This document shows positions 1-11,902 of a stretch of DNA of 36,384 bases, piece by piece (the first letter of the stretch is position 1; each line of letters opens with the position of its first letter). The translations under genes were made by a program, and so were the position numbers. The stretch lies in assembly GCA_000388065.2 (NCBI GenBank), contig KB932202.1; one strand, 5' to 3'. The notes below the pieces were generated by a model. It was not told the origin of the DNA. It saw only the letters and a program-made list of their open reading frames with translations, and searched no databases. This DNA is from Fonticula alba ATCC 38817 (lineage: Eukaryota > Protista > Nucleariida).

Positions 1-60
1 CACACACACTCGCACACACACTCGCACACACACTCGCACACACACTCGCACACACACTCG
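1..60. repeat. Intronic tandem repeat (CACACACACTCG)x5, perfect
   Basis: Five identical 12-mers at 1-60, directly upstream of the acceptor CACAG (AG at 66-67) of the pecanex exon. The array may extend left of the window. Confidence 0.95.
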
Positions 61-3000
61 CACACAGCTCCCTCAAGTACTTCATCTCCACCCCCCTGGG
101 ACACAACCCGTGCTCCTTCGCCTTCCGCATCCCGGCCAGCATCTCCCCCGGGGTGGCCTACGTCTTGGCCCGGGTGGACCGGTCGTACTGCTCCGGCGGG
201 ACCTTCTCCTCGCCGGATGGCGGTCTCATCCTGTCCTTCCGTAACTTGTCCAACATCCCCATGTGCCTGATGGTGCCCTCGACACACCCGCTGCTGCCAG
301 TGGTGGCCACCTGCGGGCAAGTCAGTCGCCGGGCCGGCGTCGACATTGTGCTGGCCCTGTGCTCGGCATCGCGCACTCTCAGCTCCTCGGCCCAGCAAAT
401 GTACCTGCTGCCGGAGTTCCGCTTCGAGTCTTCCTCCCTCCCCTCGGGCCCGGGCCGGTCGATGGACTTCCTGTCGTCGTCGTATGGCAGCCGGTCGGCC
501 GCCCGGGCGCCGGCCTTCCTCGGGGGCGGGCCCGCCAACACCTTCTCCTCCCATGCCCCTGGCTACGGGGACTCCGACAGCAATCCCAGCGACGTGGACA
601 AGGACCACGACCGGCTGACCCCCGACGGCGATCTTTCCCCGGGGTTCGGCAATGTCGGCCGGGTGGTGGTGCCCAACCGGCCGATGCGCGGGCCCCGGCG
701 CCTGGCCGATGACGGCCTGTCCGATGGCATCCGTGTCCAGGGCTTCGGCGAGGTGCCGTCCGAGCCGTCGGCCGCCGGCCGCCAGCCGGCCGCCAGGCGC
801 AGCACCTCCCCCGACTCCGACTCCGACGCCGACTCCTCCTCCTCCTCCTCCTCCCCCTCTTTGGACTCCTCCAGTTCCAGCTCCGACTCCACCTCCACCT
901 CGGATTCCTCCTCCGACTCCGGCAGCGATGACCCCTACCCCCGGGCGCGGGTGTATCCGCCGCCCCATGGCCGCGGCACTCGGCGCCATCAGCGACGCTC
1001 GCCCCGCCGGCGGCATGTCACCCCTCGCCTGCAGAGCGGTGCCCGAGTCCCGAATGCCTCGGGCCTCCTGGCGCCGGTGGCCGCACCCCCGCCGGTGCTG
1101 GCCTCCCCTCGCCCGGCCACCACGGCCACCGAGTCGTCGTCGTCGTCGTCATCGTCGTCGTCGTCATTCTCGGGATCCTCCGACGAGCTGTCTGACGGGG
1201 CGCCGGACGCGCCGGTGGCCGGCCCCGGGCCGAGCACCGAGCAGGCGCCCGCCTCGGCCGCGGCCGCGGCCCCGGCGACGAATGACCCCCCGCCGGTCGC
1301 CCCCCCGTCGGCCACCGGTGGCTATGGCTTCGACAATGACTCGTCCTCGTCCTCGTCCCCCTCCTCCTCGGACAGCGGGTCGTCCAGCCGCTCGGCCCCC
1401 TCGCTGCACAGTGTCTCCTCGCGCCGGCGGTCGGTGGTGATGCACGCGCCGCAGCGGTCGGCCCACATGGCCGATGCCGAGGCCGGCCACGGCGCCGAGG
1501 CCGGCCCCGGCGCCCGGTCGGACCACGATGACGCCGACACGGACGGGCCCGATGGCTCGCCGAAGCTCATGAACCGCTTCGACCTGTTCGAGCAGTTTTC
1601 CACCCTGCCGCTGGCCGTGCGCATGCTCGGGCACCTGGGCGCCCTGACCAAGAAGAAGCCCGGGCTGCCGGAGCGGCGGCTGCTCGGCCTGTTGCTGGAC
1701 CTCCCGGGCCCGATGACCTCGACCCTGGGCACGGAGCTGCTGGGGCTGTCGATGCTGGCCCCGGCCTCGCGTCAGGCCCGCAAGTACCAGCCCCTCCTGG
1801 CGGCCATGGACATTGCCATCCGCATGGTCCTCGGGTTTGGGTCCTTCCTGCTGGTGTACATGGCCTTCCTGCTGCCCGGGGGCTACGGCGCGGCGGCCTT
1901 CTCCTCGCTGGCCGCCAGCGCCGGGGCCCCGGAGAGCGCGGCCCACTTCACCTCCACCGCGGTGGGGCTCTTCATCTGCCTGGCCCTGGGGTTCAGCCAC
2001 TTCTCCCTCTTCCGGCATTTGCTGTCGGACTCGGGGCTCTTCATGCCGGAGTACCCGCTGTCGGCCCTGTCGCGGCCGTTCTTCCTGCTGGTGCTCGGGG
2101 CCATTGGTGTGGCGGTCCGCTTCACCCGCCCCGGGGTGGTTTTCTTGGTTCTTGTCCGTTTTGTTTCCTTTCCTTTTCCTGGTTTTTTTCCTTTTTTTCC
2201 CTCCTCCTTTTCCCCTTTTTTTTTTGTTTCTCTCGGTTCTCCCGACCATCCTGTGCCTTTTCTAACCCACCATCCCCCCCCCCCCCCCCCCCTGTTCTGT
2301 CCCCTTGTTGTCCCCTTTCGCCCCCCACGCCGCAGTCGCCACCGCCATCGTCCCTGCCCTCTTCGGCGCCGGGGCCATCCCCACGCCGGTGACCCTGATC
2401 TCGGTCCTGGCCGAGACCACGGACAACTTCTTCTTCGGCGCCGCGGCCGCCTCATCCACCCCGCGGGCCCTGGTGTCGCTGATGCTGAGCGGCGTCCTGG
2501 CCGGCGGCGTGGCCCTCTCCTCGGTGTACCTCCTGTCGGACCACTCCGGCCATGGGTGGGCCCATGCCCTCGGGGCCCATGCCGGCATCACGGTGGTCGT
2601 GGCCTACCTCGGGAGCTGGCTGCACCATTCGCTGGTGGCCGCGCGCACCTCGCCGGCCATCTTCCCGGTCATGCGCTCCGGGCCCCTGAAGCGGGTGCAC
2701 CTGAGCCCGTCCATCCGGCGGGCCTTCCTCCTGCCGGCCATCTTCGGGTTCTGGCTCGGCGTCGGGCTGGCCTGCTCGGAGCAGCTGTCCGACGATGCGG
2801 TCGAGGGGTTCCTCTTTGCCACCATCATCGCCTCGATCGTGGCCAATGCCACGGCGCGGCTGCTGCTGCCGCAAATCTCCCGGCTCTTCCCCTTCTCCTT
2901 CCTGGCCACCACCTACTCCTTCAACCAGCGTCTCAAGTCCGAATCCAAGCGCCTGCTGGATGCCTCGTCGGCCGGGGCCTTCAGCCTGACGTCCCTCCTG

Positions 3001-6000
3001 AGCCGGCCCTGGTCGCTGACCCTCTCCCTGCGGGGCATGCTCCGGCATGCTGGCCGCCTCGACGAGTGGATCCTCCTGCCGCTGGTGTGCCTGCTGTCGG
3101 TGCTGTACGAGCTCCGGACCGGGCGCCTGGTGGCCGCGCTGCCGGGCCTCCCGCCGCTGTGCGTTCCGCTCCCCTCTCCCCCCCTCCCCCGTATTTGCTC
3201 CCACTGCCGCCCCCCCGCCCCCCTGACACGCTGCTCACCNNNNNNNNNNNNNNNNNNNNNNNNNNNNNNNNNNNNNNNNNNNNNNNNNNNNNNNNNNNNN
3301 NNNNNNNNNNNNNNNNNNNNNNNNNNNNNNNNNNNNNNNNNNNNNNNNNNNNNNNNNNNNNNNNNNNNNNNNNNNNNNNNNNNNNNNNNNNNNNNNNNNN
3401 NNNNNNNNNNNNNNNNNNNNNNNNCCGCCCCCGCCCCCGCCCCGGCCTCCAGTGCCGTGCACATCCTGCTCAGCATGCTCGTCCTGCGCATGCTCCGGTC
3501 GTCCTTCGGCAATCTCTCGGCCCGCAGCCACTACATCATGCTCCTGGCGCTGCTGCTGTACCTGCCGTCGGTGAGCTTCCTGGCCGGCTCGCAGCCCACC
3601 CCGGCCGACCAGCTGTTCGGCATCCCCTACCTCTTCCCGAGGTCGGTGCGCGCCATGGCCCCGGTCGTGGTGGCCTCCTTCCCCATGACCTACTCGGTGT
3701 GCCAGCTGGTCATGACCTTCTTCTGGCGCTTCAGCGACAACATCTACATCTCGCTGCAGCTGTCCAGCTTCTCGCAGCTGAGCTTCCTCCACCTGCTGGC
3801 GCTGCCGATCTTCTCCGTGGGTGCGTCGGTCCCTCGACACGCGCCTCCCCCCTTCCCAGTGCTTGGGGTGTTGGCTTTTTGTTTTGTCTTCCTCCGCCCC
3901 CGCGGGGGCCTGGGCCGGTCTCCCCTCTCTAATCCTCGTCCCCCCCCCCACGACTCCCCTGCAGCCTCCTCTTCTACGGTCTTCTGCGCCCTGCTGTCGG
4001 TCATCTTCTTCGATGCCCCCTTCGCCGCCGTGCGCGGGCTCTTCCTGTATAAGGTCCTGCACCCTCGGCCGGAGCGCTTCTGGGAGGCCAATCGGGTGAT
4101 CCCCCCCCGGACCCATCTGGCCGCCTTGCGGGGCGTCTGCAGCGGGGCCCAGGGCTACGACCCGCGGCCGGCCTCCCAGCAGGCCATCAGCCTCAACAAC
4201 CCGGCGGCCTCCTGGACTTCGGAGACCTTCTACTCGGACCTGACGTACAACTTCGACGAGTTCACCTACTCGCTGATTGCCTTCGAGCTGGCCAAGGACG
4301 GGCGGCTGGGCCGTCTGCTGCGCAACATCCCGGCCCCGGGCCAGCCGACCGCCCTCGGCACCGGCGGTGTCTTCAACCAGGTGGTCGGCGGGGACATCCT
4401 GCTCATGCACAATGACAATGTGCGTTGCTCTTGTGGTGTGGCGGCCGGCTGTCGTCGGCCTGTTTGGCCGGGGCCCCGCGCACGGCNNNNNNNNNNNNNN
4501 NNNNNNNNNNNNNNNNNNNNNNNNNNNNNNNNNNNNNNNNNNNNNNCCCGCCCCCGATGGAGCAGTACTCCTTCCTGGTGCACATCATCCACATCTCCGA
4601 CCGGCACATCTCCTTCCAAATCCGCGGCCTGGAGACCGTGGGCACGGTGTGCCACTCGTCCGAAATTTCGTCGCTCGACTCGTCCATCGCCTCGGCCTCG
4701 CCCACCATCAATGTCGACAACCGGTCGCGGTACACCTACCTGCCGGGGCTGCGGCTGTATGTGCTGCGCGATGGGGACGGGAGCTTCCAGCTGGCCGAGC
4801 GGGACAACATCTCGGTTTTGTCCAAGAGCTGGACCCCCCTGTCGGTGGACACGGTCAGCATCCCCATCTACTCGATCAGCAGCATGCCCAGCAGCGGCTT
4901 GCTGACTTCCTACGACAGCAAGCAGGTCCTCCACCGGTACATCGCCATGAGCATCATCTACCTCCTGGCGACCCCCTTCTTCCGGCCGCTGCTCCGGGCA
5001 TGCATCGAGGCCTCCCGGGCCCCGACGCCCGGGGCCAAGTGCATGTGCATGCATGCGGCCCAGCGGCGGGGGAAGGCACACCGGCGGAAGGCCCCCTCGG
5101 GCCGTGCCACCACGGTGGCCACCATGCCCGAGGCGGTCAGCCCGGCCAGTGGCATTCCCGGCCCGGCGGAGCTGCTGGGCCCGGCCCGCCAGGCGCCGGC
5201 CGCCGCCCCCCCCCGGGACCTGCTCAACACCCCGGTCGATGTGTCGGACTCCGAGCTGCCGGAGGACGCCCCGGCGGCCGGCCCACTCGCCGGCGACCTG
5301 TCGGACATCGAGGCCGATCGCGATGACGAGGACCATGATGAGCACCTGCCGCACGACCTGCCCGAGGAGGCCGGGGCTTCGCCTGCCGGTGCGGCCGATG
5401 GCGGCCTCAGTGAGGCGGATCTGCTGGCGCCGGCCCGGCCGGCCGGCGGCAGCAGCAGCAACGGCAGCCCGCCACGCAGCCGGGCCGGCTCCATCGGCTC
5501 CTCGAGCAGCAAGGCCGGCGATTCGGCGGGCGATTCGGTGGCCGCGGCCACGGCGGCCGCCAGCCCGGCGGCCCAGCCCCCGGCCAAGACGCGCTTCGCC
5601 TCGCGCGCTGGGCTGCCCCCGGCGGCGCCCTTCTCGGCGCACTACGCTCGCGAGGTGTTCCACCGGCTGCCCTCGCCCTTCCTCAGTGGCTTCATGGAGT
5701 CGGTGGATGTGGAGTACCGGACCGCGCGCAAGCGCAAGGCCACCATCCCGGCCGAGCTGCTGGTCCAGCAGCCGGAGGCTGACGGTGCTGCGGCGGCCAC
5801 CGGCGGCGGCGGCGGCGGCGGCGGCCCCTGCGCCTCGTGCCGCGAGGCGCGCAATCGCCACCTGCGCGAGCAGCCGGTCCCCCTGGTCCGGTTCCTGGCC
5901 GTGCATGGTCCCTTCATCGCCGAGTGCCTGGAGCGCTCGGCACAGGCATGCGCCGAGGCCGGGCCCGGCGACGGCCTGGACGACATCACGGCCTTCGACC

Positions 6001-7628
6001 TGGGCCGGGTGGCGCACCTGCTGTATCTGGCCTGCCGGTTTGCCCTGCACTCGGCCTCCTTCTCCAGCTACTTCTACAACATCTTCAAGAACTACCGCAC
6101 CGATCGCAACATCTTCCCGCAGGTGTCGCTGCTGGCCAAGAATGAGACCAATGCCCCGGACACCACCTCCTGCATGGGGCTCTTCTATGTGTTCCGCCAT
6201 GGGCTGCGGCTGAATTCGGAGTTCTCGCTGCGCTTCCCGCGGGAGCTGCTGTGGCTGGTGGACTTCGCGGCGCCCGGCGCCTCGGACTCCAGCCAGAGCG
6301 CGCACAATTTGGTCCTGCTGGCCGTGCAGTACAGCCTCCAGCAGTACCTCAACCACTTCATCCTCTGCCCGACTTTCAATGAGCCGAGCGATGACGGGCA
6401 GGCCGACTTCGCCGGGCCCGGGTGCGCGGTGGATGCCCATGTTGCCGGGTGCCGGTCGTGCCAGGGCGGCCTGGAGCATGTGGCGCGGGCGACCGGGCGA
6501 CCGGCCCGGCGCGGGCCCGCCTGCCAGGCCACCCGGCTGTCGGGCTACTGGAATGGCGGGAAGTTCGACCGGGCGGACGCGTCGCAGCAATTCCGCGACA
6601 TGCGCCAGCTCATCAGCCGGCATCTGGGTGCCGGGGAGTCGCCGGCCCCGTCGAGCCTGTCCGCGGTGCGCACGCTGCCCCTGTATGGGGTGTCCATTCG
6701 CCGGCCCCGGGGCGTGCTCCAGTCGGCCGGGCTGCTCAATGACAAGGGGGCCCCTGCCGCCGGGCCGGCGGCCGGCGGTGGCGATGGCACCGGCGCCGGC
6801 GGCGGGCCTTCCGGCGGCATGCAAAAATTCGACCACATCATCGAGCCCTCGTCCACGATCTCGGTCAACATGCTGCTGGTGGCGGCGCCGGCTGCTCCCG
6901 CTGCGGGCCCGGGCCCGGCCCCGCCCGGGCCCGGGTCGGGCGTTGCCCGGACGCCGGTGGCCTCCGCGCCGGCCGGCAAGTACCTGGCCTGGCAGGCGCC
7001 GGGCCCGGCTCCGGCCGGCGGCCCCGGGGCCGATGACGGCCAGGCGCGGCCCATGTCCTGGGCCTCGGGCTCGGGGCACCGTTGCCCGGCCGAAGTGCTC
7101 GGCATGCGCACCATCGACCCGGCCAACCGGGCGGCCCCGGCCATGGGGGAGCTCCTGGCACAGGCGCTGGCCGAGGCCCATGGCGACGACTTCTCCGACT
7201 TCTCCGACGAGGACCTCCCCCCGAGCGAGAGCCAGTACCGCGGCCCGACGGCCGACGACGGCCCGGTGCTCATCTACTCGGACTCCGGGCCGGAGCTCTT
7301 CCGCCGGATTCGGTCCACCACGCCGCCCTGCCTGCTGACCTTCCGCATGTCGGCCAACCGCCGCGCCGGGTCCCGGGTCATGTCGCTGAATGTGTGCCGG
7401 TCGTCCTTGGCCGAGCAGAGCTTCAGCGTGTTCCAGCTCCACCGGAGCCTGACCCGGTCCATTTGGGCCGCCCAGATGGACGAGGTCCTCCACATCCAAA
7501 CCACCTCCTCCGAGCGCATGTCCATCCAGCAGCACACCGGTGCCCTGCGGAACATCGTCTCCCAGTCCGTCGACTCGCCCGTCGGCTATCCGACCTACGT
7601 GTCCCCTGTCCTTGAGTGTGAGCTCTGA
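1..7628 (+). CDS. PCNX: Pecanex-like multipass membrane protein with C-terminal Pecanex_C domain, 5'-partial. Exons 68-~2106, 2336-3158, 3453-3820, 3965-4419, 4566-7628 (~2250 aa within the window)
   Basis: The spliced translation has pecanex hallmarks recognised from memory of the family: LHPRPERFWE (cf. RPVKFWE); LMHNDN|YSFLVHIIHISDRHISFQIRGLETVGTVCHSSEI (cf. [31 protein letters not shown]); RSIWAAQMDEVLHIQTTSSERMSIQQHTGALRNIVSQSVDSPVGYPTYVSP (cf. [51 protein letters not shown]). There are many hydrophobic segments between ~1700 and 4050. GTGCGT donors lie at 3159, 3821 and 4420 with phase-matched AG acceptors, and the stop is TGA at 7626-7628. The first downstream donor (~2107) is uncertain, and an exon could be hidden in gap 3240-3424. 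Confidence 0.9.
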
Positions 7629-8099
7629 GAGGGGCGGCCCGGCGGCCAGAGCGCGAGGGGGGCGGCGGCGGCGGCGGCGGAAGGCAGGGTGACCGCACCC
7701 GGGCGCGCCCGTGTCGGACCTCGCCTCCCCCCCCCCCCCCCCCAGGGGGGCGAAGGCCTTCCCCTCTCGTCACTGTTGCCGGTCCTCCCAATCCCCGCCG
7801 CGCATGCCCTCGCGCGCGTGCGTGCGCTCCGTGTGTGTGCCCCGACGCCACAAAAATACACCCTCCCTAGATCTCCCCATTTGGCCCCCCCCCCGTGTCC
7901 CCCGTGTCCCCCGGGCACCTCCGTGCCCCACGCCCTGCCCCCGGCGCGTGCTCGCGCCTCCGGGCCTGGCAGCGGCCCGACCCGGGGGAGAGACCTCCAT
8001 GCGCGTGTGTGCGCATGTGCGCGCGCCGACCACCCGGGATCCCCCCTCCCACGGTGAGCCGCGCACGCGCGCGCGAGTAGGCACAACCATCGCTCGAGG

Positions 8100-8100
<1 letters not shown>

Positions 8101-8130
<30 letters not shown>
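8101..8130. repeat. (CA)15 microsatellite
   Basis: Read directly from the sequence; intergenic. Confidence 0.95.
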
Positions 8131-8133
<3 letters not shown>

Positions 8134-8887
8134 GTGGACACACGCACAGGCGCTTGGATCGCCTGAGGCCCGGCCGGGAGACTACATTGCAGGCGCGCGG
8201 GACGGGGCACGTGACTGTGCGATCGGGCGAACAGTCGTGCCAGATCGCACGCGCAGGCGCCCGGCCCCCGGAGTCGGGATGGTTGTGTTGCCCCCCGTCC
8301 CCCCACCCCCGGGCCCCCGGCCCCCACGAAACTCGGCCCCGCCCCCTGGCCTTTGAGCCTGGGCATCCCCCTTTTCGCGGTCCGGCCAGTGTGAGAGGGC
8401 CTCTTGCGGGCCGGGGCGCCCCGGCCCCGCCGGGCGGCCCCACGAGACACGCAGGACTGGCCTGGGATCCGCCGCCGCCGCCGCCGCGATCCCTTCGCAG
8501 CGTAGGGCGCGCCGTCCCAACTCCCAACCGTGGCAACTCCGCCGGGTACGGGCGCGGCTGCCGGCCCCCAACACGCACGAGATCGCAGCCGCCCTCCTCT
8601 CGCAGCACTCCCGGGGGGGGGGGGGGGGNNNNNNNNNNNNNNNNNNNNNNNNNNNNNNNNNNNNNNNNNNNNNNNNNNNNNNNNNNNNNNNNNNNNNNNN
8701 NNNNNNNNNNNNNNNNNNNNNNNNNNNNNNNNNNNNNNNNNNNNNNNNNNNNNNNNNNNNNNNNNNNNNNNNNNNNNNNNNNNNNNNNNNNNNNNNNNNN
8801 NNNNNNNNNNNNNNNNNNNNNNNCCCCGCCCCCCGCCCTGCCCCCTTTCTCCCCCTTCCGTCGTCCACCATCGTCTTGCCTGCCACC

Positions 8888-10053
8888 ATGGACAGCCAAT
8901 TCCTCACCGTGTCGGCTGACTTCTCCAGCACCCAGCCCGATGAGCTCCCCCTGACCAAGGGGACCATGCTGAAGGTGCTCTCGCAGTCCACCACCCCGGG
9001 GGATATTCGCATCCTCTGCAAGGACGAGCTCGGCCGCATCGGCCTCGTCTACCCGTACATGTGCGAGTCCCAGCCGGAACAGCAGGAGAGCCACGACCAC
9101 ACCATGTATAATGTTCCCCAAACGGCGGCCGCCGACAACCTGGCCGAGGAGACCCTCATCCGGGTGCCCCTTCCGGCCGACACTCCGAGCCCCCGGCCGC
9201 ATGGGCCCGGCGGGCGCCCGCTCAGCTCCCTGTCGCAGCCGCGCAACTCGCCGATCTACATGCCCGGCCCCGAGGGGGCCCCTCCGGCCATGCCGCCGGC
9301 TGCCGCCGCCCCCGCATCCTCGGCCGCCACGGTGCCCACCTGGATCGCCGATGACGAGAGCACCGAGGCCCGCCTCCCGCTGCCCATCCCCCTGGCCACC
9401 CTGCTGGTGTACTTCCCCTTCGGCGTCTTCGGCGCCCTCTTCTTCCTGCTGCTTGAGACCAAGAACGACTTCATCCGGTGCGTGTGTGTCTTTGCGTGTG
9501 CCGGCCCCGGGGGCCTCCCCCCCCCCCCCNNNNNNNNNNNNNNNNNNNNNNNNNNNNNNNNNNNNNNNNNNNNNNNNNNNNNNNNNNNNNNNNNNNNNNN
9601 NNNNNNNNNNNNNNNNNNNNNNNNNNNNNNNNNNNNNNNNNNNNNNNNNNNNNNNNNNNNNNNNNNNNNNNNNNCCCCCCGCCTCGGCGTTGCCCGGTCT
9701 CTGACCTCCCCCCCCCCCTCCGGCCTCGCACCTCGCTCCTCGCACCCTCGGTCTTGTCCCCTCGCCCGACGCACAGCTACCACGCCTGGCAGTGCATGAT
9801 CATCTCCGGCGCCCTGCTTGTGCTGCAGGTCATTTTCATCTGGACCTTCATCGGATCGGTCATCATCGCCGCCCTGCAGGGTGCCACCATCCTGGTCCTG
9901 GGTGTGGTGTGCATGGTCGGCTCGATGGTCACGCCGGTTCGCACCCGCGTCGAGGTGCCCGGCGTGTCCAACCTCGCGCGCACCATGCTCCGGAAAGACA
10001 ACAAGCCTGTCATCAGCAAGAAGGACCAGGAGCGCCAGGCCGGCGGCCAATAG
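8888..10053 (+). CDS. 288-aa protein: degenerate N-terminal SH3-like domain, Pro-rich linker, C-terminal DUF4870/UPF0132 (Tic20-like) membrane domain. Exons 8888-9477 and 9777-10053
   Basis: ATG in a CCACCATGG context. The SH3-like segment reads VSADFSSTQPDELPLTKGTMLKVL...GRIGLV. After splicing (GTGCGT at 9478, CACAG at 9776, phase 2) the protein reads FPFGVFGALFFLLLETKNDFIR|YHAWQCMII...VEVPGVSNLA, matching the DUF4870/UPF0132 pattern LLE-K-xDFVRFHAWQS...IP-IG-LA. Stop TAG at 10051-10053. The intron contains gap 9530-9673. Confidence 0.8.
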
Positions 10054-11902
10054 CCTGCTCCCGCGCCCCTCCTCTTCCCTCGTGTCCTTATCTCCCCCCC
10101 CCCTCCCCTTGCCCTTCCTTGTCCCCATTTTTGCCCTCCTCCCCCTCTCTCCTGCCACCCTCCGCGAGCGGGGCCGGACCTGTGCGTCGCCCCAGCTCGC
10201 TCGGCCGCCCGTGTGCATCCCTCGCCGCTCCCTCCCCCCCCCCCCAGTAATCCCCCCGAGCGCGGCGAGGGGCGGACACATGCGCCCGCCTCAAATATAC
10301 ACCTACATCCTCGCGTCCTCACATAGGAAAGCAAGAGAGAAAAAACGGAGCACCCGAGAATATGCCCCACGAAAAGGGCGCGACGCGGCCAGCGGGCAAG
10401 GGCAAGGACAAGGGCGAGTGCGAAGCGGGCGGGGGGGGGGGGGGCGGCATACGAGAGGGCAAGGTGACTGGAGTTGTGAGGGGGGGGGGGGGGGGGGGAG
10501 GCAGGCGGGAATATCTGGCCCTGCTGCGCTCCCCTTCTCACCGGCGAGGGGCCCCCGTGTATTTTGGGCTGGGGTCTTTTTTCCGCCCCTGCTTTTGGAA
10601 CCAACCTCAAACCGCAAGCAGGCCGGCGCCCCTGCGTCCTTGTGTGCACGCGCATCGGTGTGTATCGGCAGGCGGGGGGTGGGGTCGGCAAGCCCGTGGT
10701 TGGGGGAAAGCGGCGTTTTTTGTGGCCCCCCCGGCCCCCCCCCCCCCCCCCGGGTGAGGTGGCCTCCGATTGACTTCCCCACCTTGGCCCGGCGAACGAC
10801 CCCGTCCTGCGCCGCCCCCCGTGTGAGTGCGGGCGCTCCCCCCGCCCCCGTTGTCGCGCCCCACACCTCGCCGGCCACCTCCCCCCCCCGGAGCGCCCGC
10901 ACAAGTGAACCCAGGAAGAATGCCCGCTAGCCAGGAACAAATGAATGGACTCAGATTTGCACCGTGGGAATGTTCGCCGGCGATCTTACCCCCCGCCGGA
11001 CCGACGCCGAGCGGGCAAACGCCGGCCAACAGGCAAACGCCGATCACGCCCTTCCACAGGACTGGCATGTGAGATCACGCGCGTGGCGGCACTGCCAACC
11101 ATCTAGCCCCGGGCTCCTGCGCGCCCGCGACACTGCTCCCCTGCCCCCCGGCCGGGCGGGGCGATGTACCTGGATGCTTCGCTTGGATACGCCGGCGCGC
11201 GCCCATTTTGGAGCCCCCTCACCGGGGGGCCGGCCTCCGGGCGNNNNNNNNNNNNNNNNNNNNNNNNNNNNNNNNNNNNNNNNNNNNNNNNNNNNNNNNN
11301 NNNNNNNNNNNNNNNNNNNNNNNNNNNNNNNNNNNNNNNNNNNNNNNNNNNNNNNNNNNNNNNNNNNNNNNNNNNNNNNNNNNNNNNNNNNNNNNNNNNN
11401 NNNNNNNNNNNNNNNNNNNNNNNNNNNNNNNNNNNNNNNNNNNNNNNNNNNNNNNNNNNNNNNNNNNNNNNNNNNNNNNNNNNNNNNNNNNNNNNNNNNN
11501 NNNNNNNNNNNNNNNNNNNNNNNNNNNNNNNNNNNNNNNNNNNNNNNNNNNNNNNNNNNNNNNNNNNNNNNNNNNNNNNNNNNNNNNNNNNNNNNNNNNN
11601 NNNNNNNNNNNNNNNNNNNNNNNNNNNNNNNNNNNNNNNNNNNNNNNNNNNNNNNNNNNNNNNNNNNNNNNNNNNNNNNNNNNNNNNNNNNNNNNNNNNN
11701 NNNNNNNNNNNNNNNNNNNNNNNNNNNNNNNNNNNNNNNNNNNNNNNNNNNNNNNNNNNNNNNNNNNNNNNNNNNNNNNNNNNNNNNNNNNNNNNNNNNN
11801 NNNNNNNNNNNNNNNNNNNNNNNNNNNNNNNNNNNNNNNNNNNNNNNNNNNNNNNNNNNNNNNNNNNNNNNNNNNNNNNNNNNNNNNNNNNNNNNNNNNN
11901 NN

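Noticed and set aside
1-60. 12-mer array as a CRISPR or telomeric repeat
   Set aside because: There are no spacers, it does not resemble TTAGGG-type units, and it sits in an intron just before an acceptor. No CRISPR array or cas gene was seen anywhere in the window.
794-1400. Trinucleotide runs (TCC/TCG, and GGC/GCC elsewhere, e.g. 18952-18981, 24258-24280)
   Set aside because: They encode ordinary poly-Ser/Gly/Ala low-complexity linkers, which are common throughout this genome.
153-3932. ORF-track proteins taken as single-exon genes (also 24948-29177 and 32788-35808)
   Set aside because: They read through introns and N gaps. Phase-matched splicing gives the correct products.
4266-7535. 1089-aa minus-strand ORF (and 25725-29471, 1248 aa) overlapping real genes
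   Set aside because: Antisense shadow ORFs. In very GC-rich coding DNA the reverse frame lacks stops. They have no recognisable motifs, and the opposite strand carries clear homology.
8208-8215. CACGTGAC E-box (CLEAR/Cbf1-like) in the intergenic region
   Set aside because: A single 8-mer ~670 bp from the next ATG; chance occurrence is plausible and there is no supporting repetition.
8464-8493. GGGATC-(CCG)n-GATCCC hairpin
   Set aside because: Only a 6-8 bp stem in GC-rich DNA, with no U-tract or other functional context.
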